A DNA stretch of 64,000 nucleotides from the NCBI GenBank assembly GCA_964199315.1, contig OZ116705.1, positions 5,332,001 to 5,396,000 of the forward strand, written 5' to 3'. Positions 60,701 to 64,000 of this stretch are shown here, in pieces. The translations under genes and the position numbers were made by a program. This stretch comes from Orbicella franksi (lineage: Eukaryota). Position 1 is the first letter of the stretch; every line of letters begins with the position of its first letter. Under the pieces are notes generated by a model. The model did not search any database. It saw only the letters and a program-made list of their open reading frames with translations, and had not been told where the DNA came from.

Positions 60701-63626
60701 CCGACTTTGATGTAGATTGTGATTTTGTGGTATTCACCCATGATTAGGTGAGAAAACATAAACATGAAATGACTATTCTATCTCCCGTGAAAAGTGATAT
60801 GGAATCCTCCCAAACCCCCTCTGCTGATAGCTTTTTAAAGGATACACAGCTGTAGTGACTCCTAAACATGTAAAATTCTGATTCTTTCTGGCTGAGGGAG
60901 AGATTCACATGCACAACTTTCATTAAAAGAAAACAGTGTATTCTTTTGTTATATCAGCAAAATGTATCTCAGGGCTGTCACTAGCTCTTACTTAACCTGT
61001 AGCCTTGATCTTCACACCTGTGACAAACTTGTTACCTCTTGGGTGAATGGTATCAACAAATGGCAAGTTCACACACAAAATGAAGGCTCTATCAAACATA
61101 CTCAGCCATAGCAGGTGTTACAGGTTACAGCCCTTATTGACAACCCTGTATCTAGCATAAAAATATATGAAAATCACCTTTGACACCAAAGCATCCTGCA
61201 GTTTGCCCAGCCACTGATAAAGAAATGGTGCCTCAGGATGTTTCTTTGGAGTGCTACCAAACAGTGACTTCTTGAGAGTAAGTGATGCTGATAGCTGGAA
61301 AAAAAAAAAACAGCAAAGTCAAAAAAAATAACACAAAAAGTGAATAATGGAGCTAAAGAAATGCAATAAAGAGGTTCTGGTGTGACCTAACATTTAGTGC
61401 CCAACCAATTGCACAGTCTGGGTTTAAGACCTACCGCCTGGTTACTGCACCAGCTGAGATATGAAGCTGCTAAGAACTGTTCAATACAGTACATGTAAAA
61501 TGCTAATTAAAAGGTTCTATTCAATCCCTCCATCAGTTATCAGCTTGTTTTATTCTCATAACCAGCATATTTGACTTGGTATTTTTATTTCAAGGAGAAA
61601 TCAGATGCTGATCACATACCTCGACTGGTGGTAAAAATTGACACCATGAGGACAGTTTGACGTGGCTTTCATGAAGATGAAGAAGAGATGAAAGAAACTT
61701 CCAGTCAGCCATGTCACACTGTGCTTTCAACAAATTACACAGTATGTCCACTTCAAAACTACAAGGGAAAAGAACGAAAGTTAGTTTAGTTTGTAGCTGT
61801 CCAGTTGGCTTTCATTCACAGAGCAAAGGCAAAGCTGCGAGAGACCAGTTGGTGAGTGAAGTGAGCCGGGCTGGGGCCTCGCCTTTACTTGCACTGCAAC
61901 ATACTGTTTAATCATTATTTTCAATTGACCATGCTGTAATAATATCATTATTGCTATTATGCAGGATTATAGGTGTGCACTGCATGCAGAAGCTTAATAT
62001 GTTGCTGTAACCCTTGACATACAAGTGTGCCTGTGATGCTTTTACAATTAGTGATCTTCTTACTCAATACAAAATTATTGCAAATAAGTGATGAGGAACT
62101 AAGAATTAATATTATATACCCGATAGTACTAAACAGCAGTGAACTAAACAAAACTGCCAGAGTCCAGACCTGAAGCATGATTTCAGCGAATCCAGGATTG
62201 GGTGATGAAAGCCTTTGTTGTGTCTACAGAATAATGTAAAATACAGTACTCATGAGAAAGAAATTTAGATGTGGAGCTTTATTTACCCTTGTGTTAAAGG
62301 ATATTTCCCATGAAAATCAACGTAGATTGTTAAAACTCCTGCTGATCCAAATAATGAGCTAAACTGCACAAAAGAAAATTAAGGTCGCCGACTATTGGCA
62401 GACAATTGGCCAACACTTTGGCCTGAAACATAAAGTGGACTGTCAGCAAACAGTCAGTGGACTGTTAGCCAACAGTCGGCTGACAGTTCTTCACTTCAAC
62501 TGTTCTTCACTTTTACTGTACCGTCGACAGATCTCATCAATCATATTTGACAAGTCTGAATAATTCACATTTGATGAGGATCCCATAATTGCCATGGATT
62601 CATAACTGAAACATTATTGAGTCAAGGAAAAGTACAGTTTTGTAAGCAAATTAAAAAGGATGGAGCACTTGGTGAAAGGTATAATAATTATCTCTAACAG
62701 TAACTCCTGCTTATAACCAGATCTTGGATAAAGATACAAGTCGATCAATTCCTGTCTAGCTTGTGAAAATTGACAGAGATGTCTGCACAGCTCTGCCAAC
62801 AAACTTCCTTCAAGTGGGGACCAAGTGGATGAGGAGCTGTGTGTGCTTTCTTCAATCCTTTTGAAGTCTATTATCAGAGCTTTGAAGCTGTCTCTTACAG
62901 ACTGCGAACGAAATAACAGATGTTACCAACACCATAATTATTATTATAAATATTATATGATAGGTCATGGTGCAAAAATTCAAGGTGAGTAAAGTCTGCA
63001 TTTAAGCCTAGTGGCCCATCAGGCTGGCACAGTTATCTCAGGTTTTTGCGGCATGAAGTGACTAGGTGTATTTCTACTTCCCCTTGAATGGGATGTCATT
63101 CCATTGTAGGGTTACCCCCAGTTCTAAACTTGTCAATAATTTCTTGGTTTTCATGTGACATTGCCACCAAATTCAATAATTTTAACAAAGGATTTCTAAA
63201 GTTCCAGCTTCTTTTGTTTGTGTCATACATCATGGGTGTCAGGTCTTTGTCATTTGAATCTCTCGGGATTGGTTTCAAAACATCAATGCCCATTTATGTG
63301 CTTGGATGGAGAGAGGCACTGTGAGAGTGAACTGTCTTGCCCACGAACACAACACGGTGACCCAGGTCAGGGATTGAACACAATAAAAATTCTGGAGTCC
63401 AACACACTACTCATTTTGTCACTGCTTCTCTCAAATGACACACAAATATACATGTATCTCTCTGTAGTACATATAAATTTACATCTTTTCTGAAGAACTT
63501 CTTGGCAATGAAAGGTAGAGAAAAGTACATCTTCTCTGCCAAAGCTAGGCGTGAGAGCGTTATAAGAAGTGATGACCATGGTGTACTAGATACAAGTGGC
63601 AATCTTTTGGTTTCTTTTTCTTTCTC
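57775..63626 (-). CDS. KICS2: KICSTOR complex subunit 2 (C12orf66 homolog), 5'-partial
   Basis: Exons 63626-63483, 62901-62738, 62605-62522, 62223-62170, 61758-61620, 61294-61178, 60424-60330, 59968-59806, 59318-59220, 58250-58139, 57839-57775 (1236 nt in frame). Motifs match KICS2 as I recall it: WSSLLITLSRLALAEKMYFSL, FHHPIL, FEVDILCNLLKAQ, YQGHGYH, HWPNIV, VQSTYFLTR, KIFAMLKQG. Confidence 0.92.
58373..58653. mobile_element. MITE-like repeat, family A
   Basis: Ends TAGAGTGGTTTTCA..GTCGAAA / TTTACGACACTCAC..ACGCTCTA. Homologous to 6739-7031. Confidence 0.8.
59705..59885 (-). repeat. 91-bp tandem duplication of a KICS2 exon end plus donor
   Basis: CAT..CATGATATCAAAGAAAAACCCTCTGGC..CCTGGG|GTAAGTTA occurs twice, with exon-end positions 59806 and 59715. 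Confidence 0.9.
62982..63380 (-). mobile_element. Diverged family B-related SINE interrupted by a segment of about 140 bp
   Basis: 62982-63140 and 63281-63380 match the reverse complement of the family B tail and core. Confidence 0.65.
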
Positions 63627-64000
63627 CTGAATGTAAAAACAAACAACTTACACTCAGTTTCATAAATCTTGACATATTTAACTTGAGGAACATGCATATG
63701 AAATTAACTCTTTGATTTTCTCAGAGTACAAAATAACTTGGATAAGATGTTACGGCCTTCTAACCGATAAATAATAACATAATTAAGTAAGACTACTTTC
63801 TGAAGGCACAATCATCTGAAAGTTAGCTAATGGTTGTGGTATCTTTTGATTAAAGAAGTAATTAATCTATTAATCAGTCAATTAATTACAACTACAGTTG
63901 TACATGTAATGAATTTGTGAAGTAAATGGCTTTATTATTTGGCTAGCTCTGGACAAGATTAACTGAATCCTGTGCTGTGATTAGCTACCTGAGCAGGCAA

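Overview
Eukaryotic, intron-rich, AT-rich DNA, most likely from a stony coral or other anthozoan (inferred from gene content and SINE/MITE-type repeats). I reconstructed four spliced genes by hand from splice sites and intron phase. (1) A RIM/UNC-10 presynaptic active-zone gene on + (970-27361, 5' end upstream of the window): 19 exons, about 1764 aa in window, with end of Zn finger, a 2-kb Gly/Pro/Gln-rich exon, PDZ, C2A, a RIM-BP-binding motif and C2B. (2) A ZP-domain-only type I membrane protein on - (38304-30711, 6 exons, 383 aa). (3) A paralogous ZP-domain-only protein on + with a probable GPI signal (44912-53641, 5 exons, 353 aa), head-to-head with (2). (4) KICS2/C12orf66 (KICSTOR subunit) on - (63626-57775, 11 exons in window, first exon outside). 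The rest is tRNA-derived SINEs, MITE/foldback elements, a Penelope-like end and mini/microsatellites. There are no rRNA genes, CRISPR arrays or convincing functional tRNA genes. The most interesting signals concern splicing and isoforms: a frame-preserving triplicated splice acceptor, a GC-AG intron, candidate internal starts for short RIM isoforms, orphan recursive/microexon-like splice signals, a probable U12 intron and a duplicated donor in KICS2, the TM-versus-GPI divergent ZP pair, and a foldback made of two divergent tRNA-like Pol III units. All gene models are manual and unverified by RNA data or database search.
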